Source: Planctomycetota bacterium (GTDB taxonomy: Bacteria; Planctomycetota; MHYJ01; JACPRB01). From it: a DNA stretch of 64,000 nucleotides. Made by a program: the position numbers and the translations under genes. Location: contig JACPRC010000147.1 in NCBI GenBank assembly GCA_016190175.1, forward strand, positions 1,021 through 65,020, given 5' to 3'. Positions 54,745 through 64,000 of this stretch are shown piece by piece. The stretch's first letter is position 1; each line of letters starts with the position of its first letter. The notes beneath the pieces are model-generated. The model had not been told where the DNA came from and did not search any database. It was given only the letters and a program-made list of their open reading frames with translations.

Positions 54745-55902
54745 TTATGAGGACGTGTGATCGAGCCGGACCGGCTCCTGCGCGGGCGCTGCGGGGCGCT
54801 CGTTCCCCTCTCCCTCGTCGGCGATCCGCACGATCACGCCGATGCCGATCATCGTGAAGAACAGGGAGCTGCCGCCGAAGCTCAGGAGGGGCAGCGGGAT
54901 CCCCTTCGCCGGCACCGTGGCCGTCACGACCGCCACGTTGAGCGCCGCCTGGAGCAGGATGAGCCAGGTCATCGCGACCGGGAAGAGAAAGCCGAAGGGG
55001 CTCTTCGCGTTCCGGGCGATCCGCCACCCCGCGACGCCGAGAAGCACGTACAGGAGCAGGACCCCCGCGGCGCCGACGAAGCCGACCTCCTCGCCGATGA
55101 CGGGGAAGAGGAAATCCGCGTGGACCTCGGGAAGGTAGTAGAGCTTCTGGAGGCCGCGCCCGAGTCCCTCCCCCCAGAGGCCTCCCGAGCCGAGAGCGAC
55201 GAGGGACTGCTTCACCTGAAGCCCCTTGCCGAGCGGGTCGTGGTCCGGATGGAGCCACGTCTGGATCCGCGCCCGGACGTGCTCCATGTGCGTGAAGAAG
55301 TACCAGCCTCCCGCCGCCGTCGCCGCGAGCGCCCCCGGCAGCAGGTGCAGGAGACGCACGCCGGCCGCGAAGAGCACCAGTCCCATCGTCAGCCCGAGGA
55401 AGATCGCGGTCCCCGCGTCCGGCTGCTTCGCGATGAGGGCGCAGGCGATCGCGAGGGCCCCGAAGGTCGGGAGGAACCCGCGGAAGAACGTGCGGAGTCT
55501 CTGCGGATCGGCGGCCGCGTAGGAGCAGAGGAAGAGGGCGAGCGCGAGCTTGGCGGCCTCGGACGGCTGGAGCGACATCCCCCGGAGATCGAGCCAGCGC
55601 TGGGCGCCGTGGCCCTCGCGGCCGCGCCCGACCCCCGGGACGAGGACGAGCCCGAGCAGGACGAACGCCGCGACGAGGAGCGGGACCTTCGCCCTCTCCC
55701 ACCACCGGGTGGGCACGTGCGCCGCGACGAGCATCGCGGCCACGGAGAGGACGGTCCAGAGGAGCTGCTTGCGGAAGAAGAAGAAGGCGTCGCCGGAGCG
55801 GCCGTGCTCGCAGCGCGCCGCGGTCGCGGAGTAGAGGAAGACGAGCCCGACGCCCAGGAGCGCGGAGACGACGGCGATGAGAAACCAGGCGCGACGCGAC
55901 AT
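54745..55902 (-). CDS. ftsW: SEDS family peptidoglycan polymerase FtsW
   Basis: GAQRW, QPSEAAK, QPDAGT, GSGGLWGEG, LPEVHADF, EEVG, PAKGIPLPLLSFGGSS. Confidence 0.95.
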   Translation of the reverse strand: MSRRAWFLIAVVSALLGVGLVFLYSATAARCEHGRSGDAFFFFRKQLLWTVLSVAAMLVAAHVPTRWWERAKVPLLVAAFVLLGLVLVPGVGRGREGHGAQRWLDLRGMSLQPSEAAKLALALFLCSYAAADPQRLRTFFRGFLPTFGALAIACALIAKQPDAGTAIFLGLTMGLVLFAAGVRLLHLLPGALAATAAGGWYFFTHMEHVRARIQTWLHPDHDPLGKGLQVKQSLVALGSGGLWGEGLGRGLQKLYYLPEVHADFLFPVIGEEVGFVGAAGVLLLYVLLGVAGWRIARNAKSPFGFLFPVAMTWLILLQAALNVAVVTATVPAKGIPLPLLSFGGSSLFFTMIGIGVIVRIADEGEGNERPAAPAQEPVRLDHTSS

Positions 55903-55978
55903 CGTGTCCCCGAAGCAGCGCATATGTATTTCGGCAGGATGGGCGGGGAGGTGAGCCGGAAATCCGACGGGCACGCCG

Positions 55979-57640
55979 CTACTTCCCCCCCAGCCTGCGC
56001 AGCGCCTCCTCGGCGTGCTTGCGGTACTCCCAATCGGGCGGCGCCAGATCGAGGGACGCGCGGAAGTCCGCGATCGCGCCCTCGACGTCGTCCAGCGCCC
56101 GCCGGGAGCGGGCGCGGCTGTAGTACGCGTCCGGGAACTTCGGGTCGACCGCGATCGCCGCGGTGAAGTCCTCGATCGCGCCGCGGAAGTCCCTCTTCTC
56201 GTGGCGCGCAAGCCCGCGGTTGTAGAAGGCGCTCGCATACGTCGGGCGGAGCTCGATCGCGCGCCCGTAGTCCGCGATCGCACCGTCGAAGTCCTTCTTC
56301 TCGTGCTTCGACGCCCCGCGATTGAACCAGGCCGCCGGGGACTTCGGGTCCGCCTGGATGGCCTTCGTGAAGTCCTCGATCGCCGCGTCGAACTGTTTGA
56401 GGTCGTGCTTCGCGAGCCCCCTGCCCACGAAGGCGAGCGCGTAGTCCGGCTTGATCTCGATCGCCTGCGAGTGGTCCGCCATGGCCCCCTTGAAGTCCTT
56501 CTTGGCCCGCCGTGCCCGGCCCCGGGCGTACCATCCCTCGGGGTCCTTCGGACACATCCGGATGTAGCGGTCGAAGTCCTCGATCGCCCCGTCGTGGTCG
56601 CCGAGGGCCTGGCGCAGAAGGCCGCGGTTGTAGTGCGCGTTGGCGAACTTCGGGTCGCACTCGATCGCCCTGGCGTAGTCCTCGAGCGCGAGGTCGGGCT
56701 TCCCCTGCGCCTCCCGCGCCAGGGCGCGGTTGTACCAGGCTTGCGCGTGCTTGGGATCGAGTTCCAGGACGCGCGTGTAGTCCGCCACGGCGCCGTCGTA
56801 GTTCTTGCGATCGAACCTCGCGAGGCCGCGGTTGTACCACGCGGAGACGTGCTTCGGATCGAGTTCGATCGCGCGGGTGTAGTCGGCCAGCGCCGCGTCG
56901 TGCTCCTTCCGGTCGAAGCGCGCCTTGCCCCGGGCGATGAGGGCGACGACGTAGTCCCCGTTGAGGCGGATCGCCTGGTCGAAGTCGGAGATCGCGCCGT
57001 CCCATTGGACTCGCGCCTCTTCGAGGCGCTCGCTCAGGGCAAGCTTGTCGCCTTTCGCCCGGCGCGCCCGGCCCCGGTGGTACCACCCCTCTGGGTCCTT
57101 GGGGGCCAGCTCGACGTACCTCCCCAGGTCCGCGACCGCCCCGTCGTGGTCCTGCCGGCCCAGCCGGAGGAGACCGCGATTGAACCAGGAGTTCGCGTAC
57201 TTGGGATCGCACTCGATCGCCTTCGCGTAGTCCTCGAGCGCCTCATCGATCTTCCCCTGCGCCTCGCGCGTGAGCGCGCGGTCGTACCAGGCGTAGACGT
57301 ACTTCGGGTCCAGCTCGATCGCCTTCGTGTAGTCCGCGGCCGCGCCGTCGTAGTCCCTCTTGTCGTGCTTCGCGAGGCCGCGGGAGACGAAGGCCGACTT
57401 GTCGCCGGGCCGGAGTTCGATCGCTTTCGTGCAGTCCGCGATCGAGCCGTCGTAGTCCCGCTTCGCCCGGCGCGCCCGGGCGCGGCGGAGGTACGGAACG
57501 GGCAGGTTCGGGCCGAGTTCGATCGCCTTCGTGTAGTCCGCGATCGCGCCGTCGTAGTCGCGGGCGGCCATCTTGGAGTCGCCGCTCCGGACGAGGGCGC
57601 CGGCATCCTGAAGGAGCGCCGCGGCGACCAGGAAGATCAT
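55979..57640 (-). CDS. Exported tetratricopeptide repeat protein (long TPR array)
   Basis: Short signal followed by many AWYNRGLA..GAIADYTKAIELDP units. Confidence 0.92.
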   Translation of the reverse strand: MIFLVAAALLQDAGALVRSGDSKMAARDYDGAIADYTKAIELGPNLPVPYLRRARARRAKRDYDGSIADCTKAIELRPGDKSAFVSRGLAKHDKRDYDGAAADYTKAIELDPKYVYAWYDRALTREAQGKIDEALEDYAKAIECDPKYANSWFNRGLLRLGRQDHDGAVADLGRYVELAPKDPEGWYHRGRARRAKGDKLALSERLEEARVQWDGAISDFDQAIRLNGDYVVALIARGKARFDRKEHDAALADYTRAIELDPKHVSAWYNRGLARFDRKNYDGAVADYTRVLELDPKHAQAWYNRALAREAQGKPDLALEDYARAIECDPKFANAHYNRGLLRQALGDHDGAIEDFDRYIRMCPKDPEGWYARGRARRAKKDFKGAMADHSQAIEIKPDYALAFVGRGLAKHDLKQFDAAIEDFTKAIQADPKSPAAWFNRGASKHEKKDFDGAIADYGRAIELRPTYASAFYNRGLARHEKRDFRGAIEDFTAAIAVDPKFPDAYYSRARSRRALDDVEGAIADFRASLDLAPPDWEYRKHAEEALRRLGGK

Positions 57641-57706
57641 CGCGACATTCTAATCGGCCCCACGGGACTTGTCACGCCCGGACGAGGATGGTATGTTTCC
57701 CCGGCC

Positions 57707-58600
57707 ATGTCCGCCGACGACCGGCTGATCCGCCTCGCGCTCAAGCTGCGCTTCGTCACCCAGGCGCAGGTGGACGAGGCGCGCAAGCTCCAGTCCCTGC
57801 TGGGCCAGAACGGTCTCCAGCTCGAGGTCCCGGAGATCCTGGTCAAGAAGGAGTTCATCGACGCGGAGCAGTTCCGCCTCCTGAAGGTCGCGACGCAGCA
57901 GGAGGAGGTCCGGGAGGAAGACCAGGCCGTCGCGCAGTTCCTGATCCGCGGGGGCTTCCTTGCGGAGGACAAGGTGCGGGAGGCGCTGGCGGCGCAGGAG
58001 TCCCTCTACCAGGAGGGGAGGCCCGTGCCCCGGCTCCAGGAGATCCTCCAGCAGAAGGGGCTGCTGAATCCGGAGCAGACCCAGATCATCCAGCGCGCGC
58101 GGCAGCAGATCGAGGGCGCGAAGGCGCTGCCGAAGTCGAGCGCGGCGAAGCCCCCGTCGGAGGCGTCGATCCCCTCGGTGCGGCCCGGGGCGTCCTCCCG
58201 TCGGCCCGCCGGCGGCCAGATCGCGGAGAACTGCCGGGTCGCTCTGCGGAAGTCGCCGATCAGGGACCCCGCGGGACAGGAGCGGACGGTCTATCTCGTG
58301 GACGTGGAGGGCGCGCTCGACGGCCACACCTTCCGCTTCTTCGACGAGTACGTGAACGGCCTCATCGACGAGGGGCGGTCGAACCTGATCCTGAACTGCG
58401 AGAAGCTGGAGTACGTGTCGAGCGCGGGGATCGGCGTCCTGGCGGGGGCGGTGAAGCGCTGCCGGGACGCGAAGGGGGACCTGCGGCTCTGCGCGGTGCA
58501 GGAGCGGGTGAAGAAGATCGTCAACCTCGTGGGGCTGCAGTCGATGCTGCGGATCTACGAGAACGAGCGCGGGGCGCTGGTGTCGTTCAAGTACATGTAG
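57707..58600 (+). CDS. MshEN-like helical repeats fused to a STAS anti-sigma-factor antagonist domain
   Basis: Repeated ExLxxxGxL motifs (PRLQEILQQKGLL). C-terminal VEGALDG..LILNCEKLEYVSSAGIGVL..GDLRLC STAS signature. Confidence 0.85.
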   Translation: MSADDRLIRLALKLRFVTQAQVDEARKLQSLLGQNGLQLEVPEILVKKEFIDAEQFRLLKVATQQEEVREEDQAVAQFLIRGGFLAEDKVREALAAQESLYQEGRPVPRLQEILQQKGLLNPEQTQIIQRARQQIEGAKALPKSSAAKPPSEASIPSVRPGASSRRPAGGQIAENCRVALRKSPIRDPAGQERTVYLVDVEGALDGHTFRFFDEYVNGLIDEGRSNLILNCEKLEYVSSAGIGVLAGAVKRCRDAKGDLRLCAVQERVKKIVNLVGLQSMLRIYENERGALVSFKYM

Positions 58601-58607
58601 CGGGCGG

Positions 58608-61370
58608 TCACTTCAGCCTCTCCAGCACCTCGCGGACGATCCGAAGCGTCGACTCGATGCGGTCGCGGGGAGGCCAGCCCGCGGGAGCGAGGTCGAGGGC
58701 GCGCTCCAGATCGACCGCGGCTGCTCGAAGGTGTTCTCGCGCGCGCCGCGAGTCCCGCTTGGCCTGATCCGCGCGGGCGAGACCCCGAGCGGCGTATGCG
58801 TCGGCCCGGCGCGGATCGATTCCAATCGCCTTCGTGCAGTCTTCGATCGCTCCGGGGAGATCGGCGGTGGCCTTGCGGACGATGCCCCGGCCCGTGTACG
58901 CCTCCGCGCACCGCGGGTCGAGCCCGATCGCCCTCGTGTAGTCCTCGATCGCTCCCATGAGATCGCCGATGTCCTTTCGCGCATCGGCGCGGTTGTTGTA
59001 GGCCGCCGCGCAGCGGGCGTCGAGCCGGATGGCCCGCGTGTAGTCCTCGATCGCGCCCCGGAGGTCGCCGGCCTTCCCGCGCGTGAGACCCCGATTGTTG
59101 TAGGCCATCGGATACCGGGACCGGATCTCGATCGCCCGTGAATAGTCGCTGATCGCGCCGGCGGCGTCTCCCAGGTCGTCACGCACGCATCCGCGGTTGT
59201 AGCATGCCTCCGCAAAGGGCGAGTCCAGTTCGATCGCCCTCGTGCAATCCACGATCGCGCCGGAAAGGTCGCCGGCCTTCGCACGCGCCGCCCCGCGTTT
59301 GTTGTGGGCCATCGCATGCCGCGGGTCGATCGCGATCGCCTTCGTGTGGTCCTCGATCGCGCCCGGGAAGTCTCCGCGATCCGCGCGCGCGTTCCCGCGG
59401 TTGTAGTACGCATCCGCGCGTCGCGGATCGATCTCGATCACCCGCGTGCAATCCTCGATCGCACTCGCATGGTCTCCCTGCCGCGCGCGCACGCTGCCGC
59501 GTTCGAGGTACGCCTCCGCAAACCCGGGGAGGATCAGGATCGCCTTCTCGTAGTCCGCGACGGCACGGGAATAGTCCTTGCTCTCGCCGTACGCGAGGCC
59601 GCGCCAGAAGAACGCCTCCGCGAACGAGGGTCGCGCCTTCAACGCCTCCGTCGCCTCCTCGATCATCCGCCCGGGGTGCGCCAGGCCCCGGATGAGGTGA
59701 AACTCCTCCCGGAAATCCGCCCCCTTCCACTTCTCCAGCATCCGGATACAGTGATCTCCCGCCGATTCGAGGCGAATCACGAGGCCGTACCCCATGGCCA
59801 GATCCAGTTCGATGGGCTCCAGCGCGCCCGACGCGATTCCGCGCGAGAGGAGTTTCTCCGCTTCCTTGAGTTTCTCTTCCGCACCTGGTCGGACCTCCCC
59901 CTTCGCAAACCGCCGCAGCAGCGCCTGCTCGACAAGCAACCGCGCCTTGTACAGGAGGCACGGGCCGTGGTCGGGCCGGGCCTTCAACCCCTCCTCGTAG
60001 GCGACCAGCGCGGCGGTCCGATCCCCCAGCACGTGTTTCGTACGACCGATCACCCACCACCCGTCCGCCGACGGGCCCGTCGTCTCCATCTGGCGGCGGC
60101 ACCGGCCCATGACCTGCTCATGCTTCCGCATCTCCTCTTTCGTGAGCGTCCAGTCCGCCCGGTACGTCCGCAGCCGCAGCGCGTGGAGCTCGCGCTTCGC
60201 CTCCTCGTACACCGCCGCCGCGGCCTTCTCTCTCTCCGCCTTCTCCTTCCCCTGCTCCGCCGCCGCCGTTCCCACGATCGCTTTCTTCTTGCCGAGGAAC
60301 TTCGCGATCCGGTACGCCGCCGACGGAGGATGCGCCTCGATGGCCTCCGCGGCCAGGTACCGGATCAAGTCTTCGGCGAGCGCCAGCGCGCTCGCGTACC
60401 GACGGCCCGGCGCCTTCTCCAGGCACTTCATCACGATCGTCTCGATGTCCCGGTCGATCCGGGGGTTCGCCTTGCGCACCGGTTTCGGGTCCTCTTCCGC
60501 GATCCGACGCAGGAGCCGCACCACGTCCGTGTCCCGGAACGGCGGCCGGTCGGTCAGGAGCTCGTAGAGCGTCGCGCCGAGGGAGTAGACGTCCGTCCGC
60601 GCGTCGAGTCCGTGGATGTCCCCGCGCGCCTGCTCCGGCGACATGTACGCCGGCGTCCCCACGATCAGGCCCGACTGCGAGAGGGCCGAGTCGACCTTCG
60701 TGGGCTTGGCCAGCCCGAAGTCCATCACATAGACCCGGAGGGAGCGTTCCGACTTCTCCACCATCAGGTTCTCGGGCTTCAGGTCGCGGTGGATCACCCC
60801 CTGCTCGTGCGCCGCGTGGACCGCCAGCGCCGCGTCGCGGATCAACCCGACGAGAAGCCTGCGATCGTCGCGGGGGAACGTCGCCAGCGTCTGCCCGTCG
60901 ACGAACTGCATCGCGATGAAGTTCTCCCGCGACTCGTACACGGCCGCGATCCCGGGGTGGTTGAGCGTCGCGGCGGTCTGGGCTTCGCGCCGGAAGCGGG
61001 CGAATTCCTCGGGGTCCTTGAGGAACTTGAGCGCGACCCAGCGGCGCAGTTCGGTGTCCCACGCCTTCCACACCTCTCCCATCCCGCCGGCCCCGAGCTT
61101 CGCGACCCGGACGTACTTGCCGATGCGCTCGCCCCCCGCCGCATCGGGCGGAAGATCCTCGGGAGGCGGAGACGCCTGCCGGAGCCCGGCCGCCGTGAGG
61201 TAGCCCTTCCGCACGAGGATCTCGCCCAGGCGCGGAAGGGGCGAGACGCCGCGCGAGGCGAGGTCGGCCAGAAGCCGCAGGCACTCCTCGACCCGCTCGG
61301 GCGCGGCGAGCCGCTGTTCGACGACGAGGCGCGCCAGAAGCAGGTCGGAGTCCGGGGTGGAACCCTTCAC
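58608..61370 (-). CDS. Hanks-type Ser/Thr protein kinase with C-terminal TPR array
   Basis: GTG 61370. LGAGGMGEV, VALK, HRDLKPEN, DFGLAK, GTPAYMSPEQ, DVYSLG, then many TPRs. Confidence 0.93.
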   Translation of the reverse strand: MKGSTPDSDLLLARLVVEQRLAAPERVEECLRLLADLASRGVSPLPRLGEILVRKGYLTAAGLRQASPPPEDLPPDAAGGERIGKYVRVAKLGAGGMGEVWKAWDTELRRWVALKFLKDPEEFARFRREAQTAATLNHPGIAAVYESRENFIAMQFVDGQTLATFPRDDRRLLVGLIRDAALAVHAAHEQGVIHRDLKPENLMVEKSERSLRVYVMDFGLAKPTKVDSALSQSGLIVGTPAYMSPEQARGDIHGLDARTDVYSLGATLYELLTDRPPFRDTDVVRLLRRIAEEDPKPVRKANPRIDRDIETIVMKCLEKAPGRRYASALALAEDLIRYLAAEAIEAHPPSAAYRIAKFLGKKKAIVGTAAAEQGKEKAEREKAAAAVYEEAKRELHALRLRTYRADWTLTKEEMRKHEQVMGRCRRQMETTGPSADGWWVIGRTKHVLGDRTAALVAYEEGLKARPDHGPCLLYKARLLVEQALLRRFAKGEVRPGAEEKLKEAEKLLSRGIASGALEPIELDLAMGYGLVIRLESAGDHCIRMLEKWKGADFREEFHLIRGLAHPGRMIEEATEALKARPSFAEAFFWRGLAYGESKDYSRAVADYEKAILILPGFAEAYLERGSVRARQGDHASAIEDCTRVIEIDPRRADAYYNRGNARADRGDFPGAIEDHTKAIAIDPRHAMAHNKRGAARAKAGDLSGAIVDCTRAIELDSPFAEACYNRGCVRDDLGDAAGAISDYSRAIEIRSRYPMAYNNRGLTRGKAGDLRGAIEDYTRAIRLDARCAAAYNNRADARKDIGDLMGAIEDYTRAIGLDPRCAEAYTGRGIVRKATADLPGAIEDCTKAIGIDPRRADAYAARGLARADQAKRDSRRAREHLRAAAVDLERALDLAPAGWPPRDRIESTLRIVREVLERLK

Positions 61371-61449
61371 CGGGAGGATTGTACCCCATCTTCCAAGGGC
61401 GTCCGTTTTTTGCGCTTCCGTTTGCGACGCCGAACCGTACAATTCTCCC

Positions 61450-62295
61450 ATGCCGCCCGCCCGCCTCCCGCCGCGCGCGCCCGACGCGCACAAGGGCGAC
61501 TTCGGGACCGTCCTCGTCGTCGCGGGCTCGCGCGGCATGATGGGCGCCGCCGTCCTCGCCTCGACCGCGGCCCTCCGCAGCGGCGCGGGGCTCGCCGTCC
61601 TCGTCGTCCCCGATTCGCTCGTCCCCGTCGCGATGTCGCTCCAGGTCTGCGCCACCGTCCGCGGCGTCGCCGACGCCGGATCGGGCACCCTCGCCGCGGG
61701 CGCCGCCGCGGAAATCCAGTCGATCCCCGGCGACGTCGCGGTCATCGGCCCCGGACTCGGCGCGTCGAACCCCACCGTCATCGCGGTCCGCGAGCTCGTG
61801 CCGGCCCTCACGATCCCGATGGTCCTCGACGCGGACGGGCTCAACATCTTCGAGAAGGAGCCGGACCTCCTCGCGCAGGCGAAGGCGCCGAAGATCCTCA
61901 CCCCGCATCCGGGCGAGATGTCGCGGCTCGTGGGCCGGCCGACCGCCGAGATCCAGGCGGACCGCGAGAACGTCGCGCGCGCGGCGGCGAAGCGCTTCGG
62001 TGCGGTCGTCGTCCTCAAGGGTCACCGCACCGTCGTGAGCGACGGCGAGCGGACGTGGGTCAACGAGACGGGCAACGCGGGGATGGCCACGGGCGGGAGC
62101 GGCGACGTCCTCTCCGGCGTCATCGGCGGGCTCCTCGGCCAGAGACTTCCACCCTGGGATGCCGCGTGCCTCGGCGCGCACGTCCACGGCCTGGCCGGCG
62201 ACCTCGCCGCGCGCGAACGGGGCGAGATCTCGCTCATCGCGACGGACATCCTCGACGCGCTCCCGCGCGCGTTCCGCAGTCTGGAGGCGACATGA
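61450..62295 (+). CDS. nnrD: ADP/ATP-dependent NAD(P)HX dehydratase
   Basis: HKGDFG, GSRGMMGAA, GPGLG, LDADGL, LTPHPGE, VLKG, MATGGSGDVLSG. Confidence 0.94.
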   Translation: MPPARLPPRAPDAHKGDFGTVLVVAGSRGMMGAAVLASTAALRSGAGLAVLVVPDSLVPVAMSLQVCATVRGVADAGSGTLAAGAAAEIQSIPGDVAVIGPGLGASNPTVIAVRELVPALTIPMVLDADGLNIFEKEPDLLAQAKAPKILTPHPGEMSRLVGRPTAEIQADRENVARAAAKRFGAVVVLKGHRTVVSDGERTWVNETGNAGMATGGSGDVLSGVIGGLLGQRLPPWDAACLGAHVHGLAGDLAARERGEISLIATDILDALPRAFRSLEAT

Positions 62296-63215
62296 TCACC
62301 CGGCGCGAGTTCCTCGCCGCGACCGCCGCCGTGCCGGCCGCGGCCCGCCTCCCCATCTCCTTCCTCTCCTCCATCCCCTGCGTCATCAGCACCTGGGAGT
62401 TCGGGAAGAAGGCGAACGCGGACGCGTGGGGCGTGCTCGGTGCCGGCGGAAGCGCCATCGACGCCGTCGAGAAGGGGATCAACAACGCGGAGCTGGACCC
62501 CGAGAACACGAGCGTCGGCTTCGGCGGCCTGCCCGACGAGGACGGCGAGGTCACCAACGACGCGATGATCATGTGGGGGCCGAAGCACGCGGCGGGCGCG
62601 GTCGGCTGCCTCAAGCGGATCAAGCGGCCCATCAGCGTCGCGCGGAAGGTGCTGGAGAAGACGAAGCACACGATGCTCGTGGGCGACGACGCCACGCGCT
62701 TCGCGACGAAGTTCGGCTTCAAGGAGGAGCCGCTCCTCACGGAGAAGGCGCGGCGCATCTGGGAGGAATGGAAGAAGGACCCGAAGCGGCGGGACTTCTG
62801 GAACCACGACACGATCGGGATGGTTGCGATCGACCGGAACGGCGACGTCTGCGCGGGCTGCTCGACGAGCGGCCTCGCGTGGAAGATCCGCGGGCGCGTC
62901 GGCGATTCCCCCATCGTCGGCTCGGGCGCGTACTGCGACAACGACGTGGGCGGCGCGGCGGCGACGGGGAACGGCGACGTCATGATGCGCTTCTGTCCGA
63001 CGCTCGTCGCCGTGGAGCTCATGCGCGAGGGCGCGTCGCCCGCCGACGCGTGCGCCGGGAGCCTGAAGCGGATCTCCGACAAGGGCTACCGCGTCTCGGC
63101 GTGCCTCGTGGCGGTCGACAAGAAGGGCGAGTTCGGCGCGGCGAAGATCGGGGAGCGGGAGTTCCCGTTCGCCGTGCGGAACGCCGAGGCCGACGAGGTG
63201 CGGAGGATCCGGTGA
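62292..63215 (+). CDS. Tat-exported glycosylasparaginase / isoaspartyl peptidase (Ntn hydrolase)
   Basis: MITRREFL Tat motif, VGFGGLPD, HDTIG (catalytic Thr), GRVGDSP, ATGNGD. ATGA overlap with nnrD. Confidence 0.92.
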   Translation: MITRREFLAATAAVPAAARLPISFLSSIPCVISTWEFGKKANADAWGVLGAGGSAIDAVEKGINNAELDPENTSVGFGGLPDEDGEVTNDAMIMWGPKHAAGAVGCLKRIKRPISVARKVLEKTKHTMLVGDDATRFATKFGFKEEPLLTEKARRIWEEWKKDPKRRDFWNHDTIGMVAIDRNGDVCAGCSTSGLAWKIRGRVGDSPIVGSGAYCDNDVGGAAATGNGDVMMRFCPTLVAVELMREGASPADACAGSLKRISDKGYRVSACLVAVDKKGEFGAAKIGEREFPFAVRNAEADEVRRIR

Positions 63216-63994
63216 CGGAAAGAACACAGAACAAAGAACCAAGAAGAAAGGGACGGGGGATGCCTCCCCCGTACCCCCTCCTCACCGACGCGCGACGGGA
63301 AGAGAGGGGGCGCGGGGGATCCTTCCCCCGCCCCCTTTGTTCTTTGTTCTTCGTTCTTTGTTCTTTCTTCGCCTCGTGCGTGCCCCAGCGCCCCCAGGAC
63401 ATCCCCACCGCGAAGCTCGACGCCGCCTTCGCCGAGGTGACGACGATGAAGGCGTTCGTCCACGCGACGATCCACGGCTTCGAGAAGTCGGGCGGCTTCG
63501 ACGCGCAGGTCGTCTGGCGCGCGCCGTTCGACCTCCGCGTCCGCAGCTCCCGATTCGAGTTCGCCTGCGGCGAGGGGCGGTTCCAGCTCTGGATCCCGGA
63601 CGAGAAGAAGTTCATTCGCGGGAGCCTCGACGATTTCCGCAAGTCGGAGCGCGGCGCGCTCATCCACCTCTTCCAGGGGGTGCTCCCGCGGCGGCCGAAG
63701 TTCATCGCGTTCGCGTCGAAGGACCTCCACTTCTACGGCATCGCGGAAGACTCCGTCGTCCGCTTCAGCGGCACGACGCCCGTGGACCGGACGGGAGCGG
63801 TCCACGTCCGGTACGAGGAGATGGCCGACGGCGTGCCCGTGCAGGTCGTCGCGCGCACGGACTCGAAGGCGTTGCACGTCGCGATGGACCCGACGAAGCT
63901 CAAGACGAACGTCCCGGTGCGCGACGAGCTGTTCGAGATGTCGCCGCCCGAGGGGGCGATCGTCGAGGAGTTCTCTCCAAAGGAACCGAAGTGA
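63212..63994 (+). CDS. Putative lipoprotein (LolA/DUF4292-like fold)
   Basis: GTGA overlap, LCSLFFVLCSFFAS-C lipobox-like sequence, C-terminal NVPVRDELFEMSPPEGA typical of LolA-like proteins. Confidence 0.65.
   Translation: MTERTQNKEPRRKGRGMPPPYPLLTDARREERGRGGSFPRPLCSLFFVLCSFFASCVPQRPQDIPTAKLDAAFAEVTTMKAFVHATIHGFEKSGGFDAQVVWRAPFDLRVRSSRFEFACGEGRFQLWIPDEKKFIRGSLDDFRKSERGALIHLFQGVLPRRPKFIAFASKDLHFYGIAEDSVVRFSGTTPVDRTGAVHVRYEEMADGVPVQVVARTDSKALHVAMDPTKLKTNVPVRDELFEMSPPEGAIVEEFSPKEPK
63216..63370. repeat. Inverted heptamer arrays (AAAGAAC)n / (CTTTGTT)n inside the CDS
   Basis: aaagaacacagaacaaagaaccaagaagaaag ... ctttgttctttgttcttcgttctttgttctttc. Confidence 0.8.
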
Positions 63995-64000
63995 TTCTAC

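Noticed and set aside
55979-59600. About 102-bp periodic repeats
   Set aside because: They are ordinary 34-aa TPR coding repeats.
59304-63215. 1303-aa ORF as a giant fusion protein
   Set aside because: Only the part from ATG 62292 (Tat signal, asparaginase motifs, RBS, ATGA overlap) is plausible. The rest is antisense to the kinase or out of frame over nnrD. The same applies to 56015-58600 (real start 57707), 39182-41071 (real start 40102) and 58608-62018 (real start 61370).

Overview
High-GC bacterial chromosomal window, most consistent with a Planctomycetota lineage. This is an inference from eukaryote-like Ser/Thr kinases with WD40/TPR arrays, an ECF-FecR pair, a PGN-type EF-P and a dcw remnant with no ftsA/ftsZ. 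The backbone is mostly minus-strand housekeeping genes: serA, efp, ndk, smc, rsgA, nrdR, mnmE, yidC, ftsW-murG-murC-murB-ddl-ftsQ and tRNA-Pro(CGG), plus nnrD on the plus strand. The main find is a translationally coupled 7-gene operon at 1902-8002 that looks like a RiPP/peptide-maturation system I do not recognise. It encodes a stand-alone PqqD/RRE protein with a twin-arginine signal, two radical SAM/SPASM enzymes, a B12-dependent radical SAM, a 125-aa precursor with an FxxPxL leader and eight CxC-based repeats, a Cys-flanked membrane peptide and a TPR-TM-zinc-ribbon protein. Other notable items: an ogt gene whose catalytic Cys codon is UGA followed by a SECIS-like hairpin (probable selenoprotein); a second UGA-plus-hairpin in an ECF sigma factor; an apparently catalytically dead NrdD paralogue behind nrdR; two coupled pentameric ligand-gated ion channel subunits; a LacI-HTH/PilZ fusion; a candidate ~175-nt sRNA; many apparently leaderless genes; and a family of inverted heptamer/octamer tandem arrays, one of which encodes a lipoprotein signal peptide. 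All calls come from motif reading only; no searches were run.
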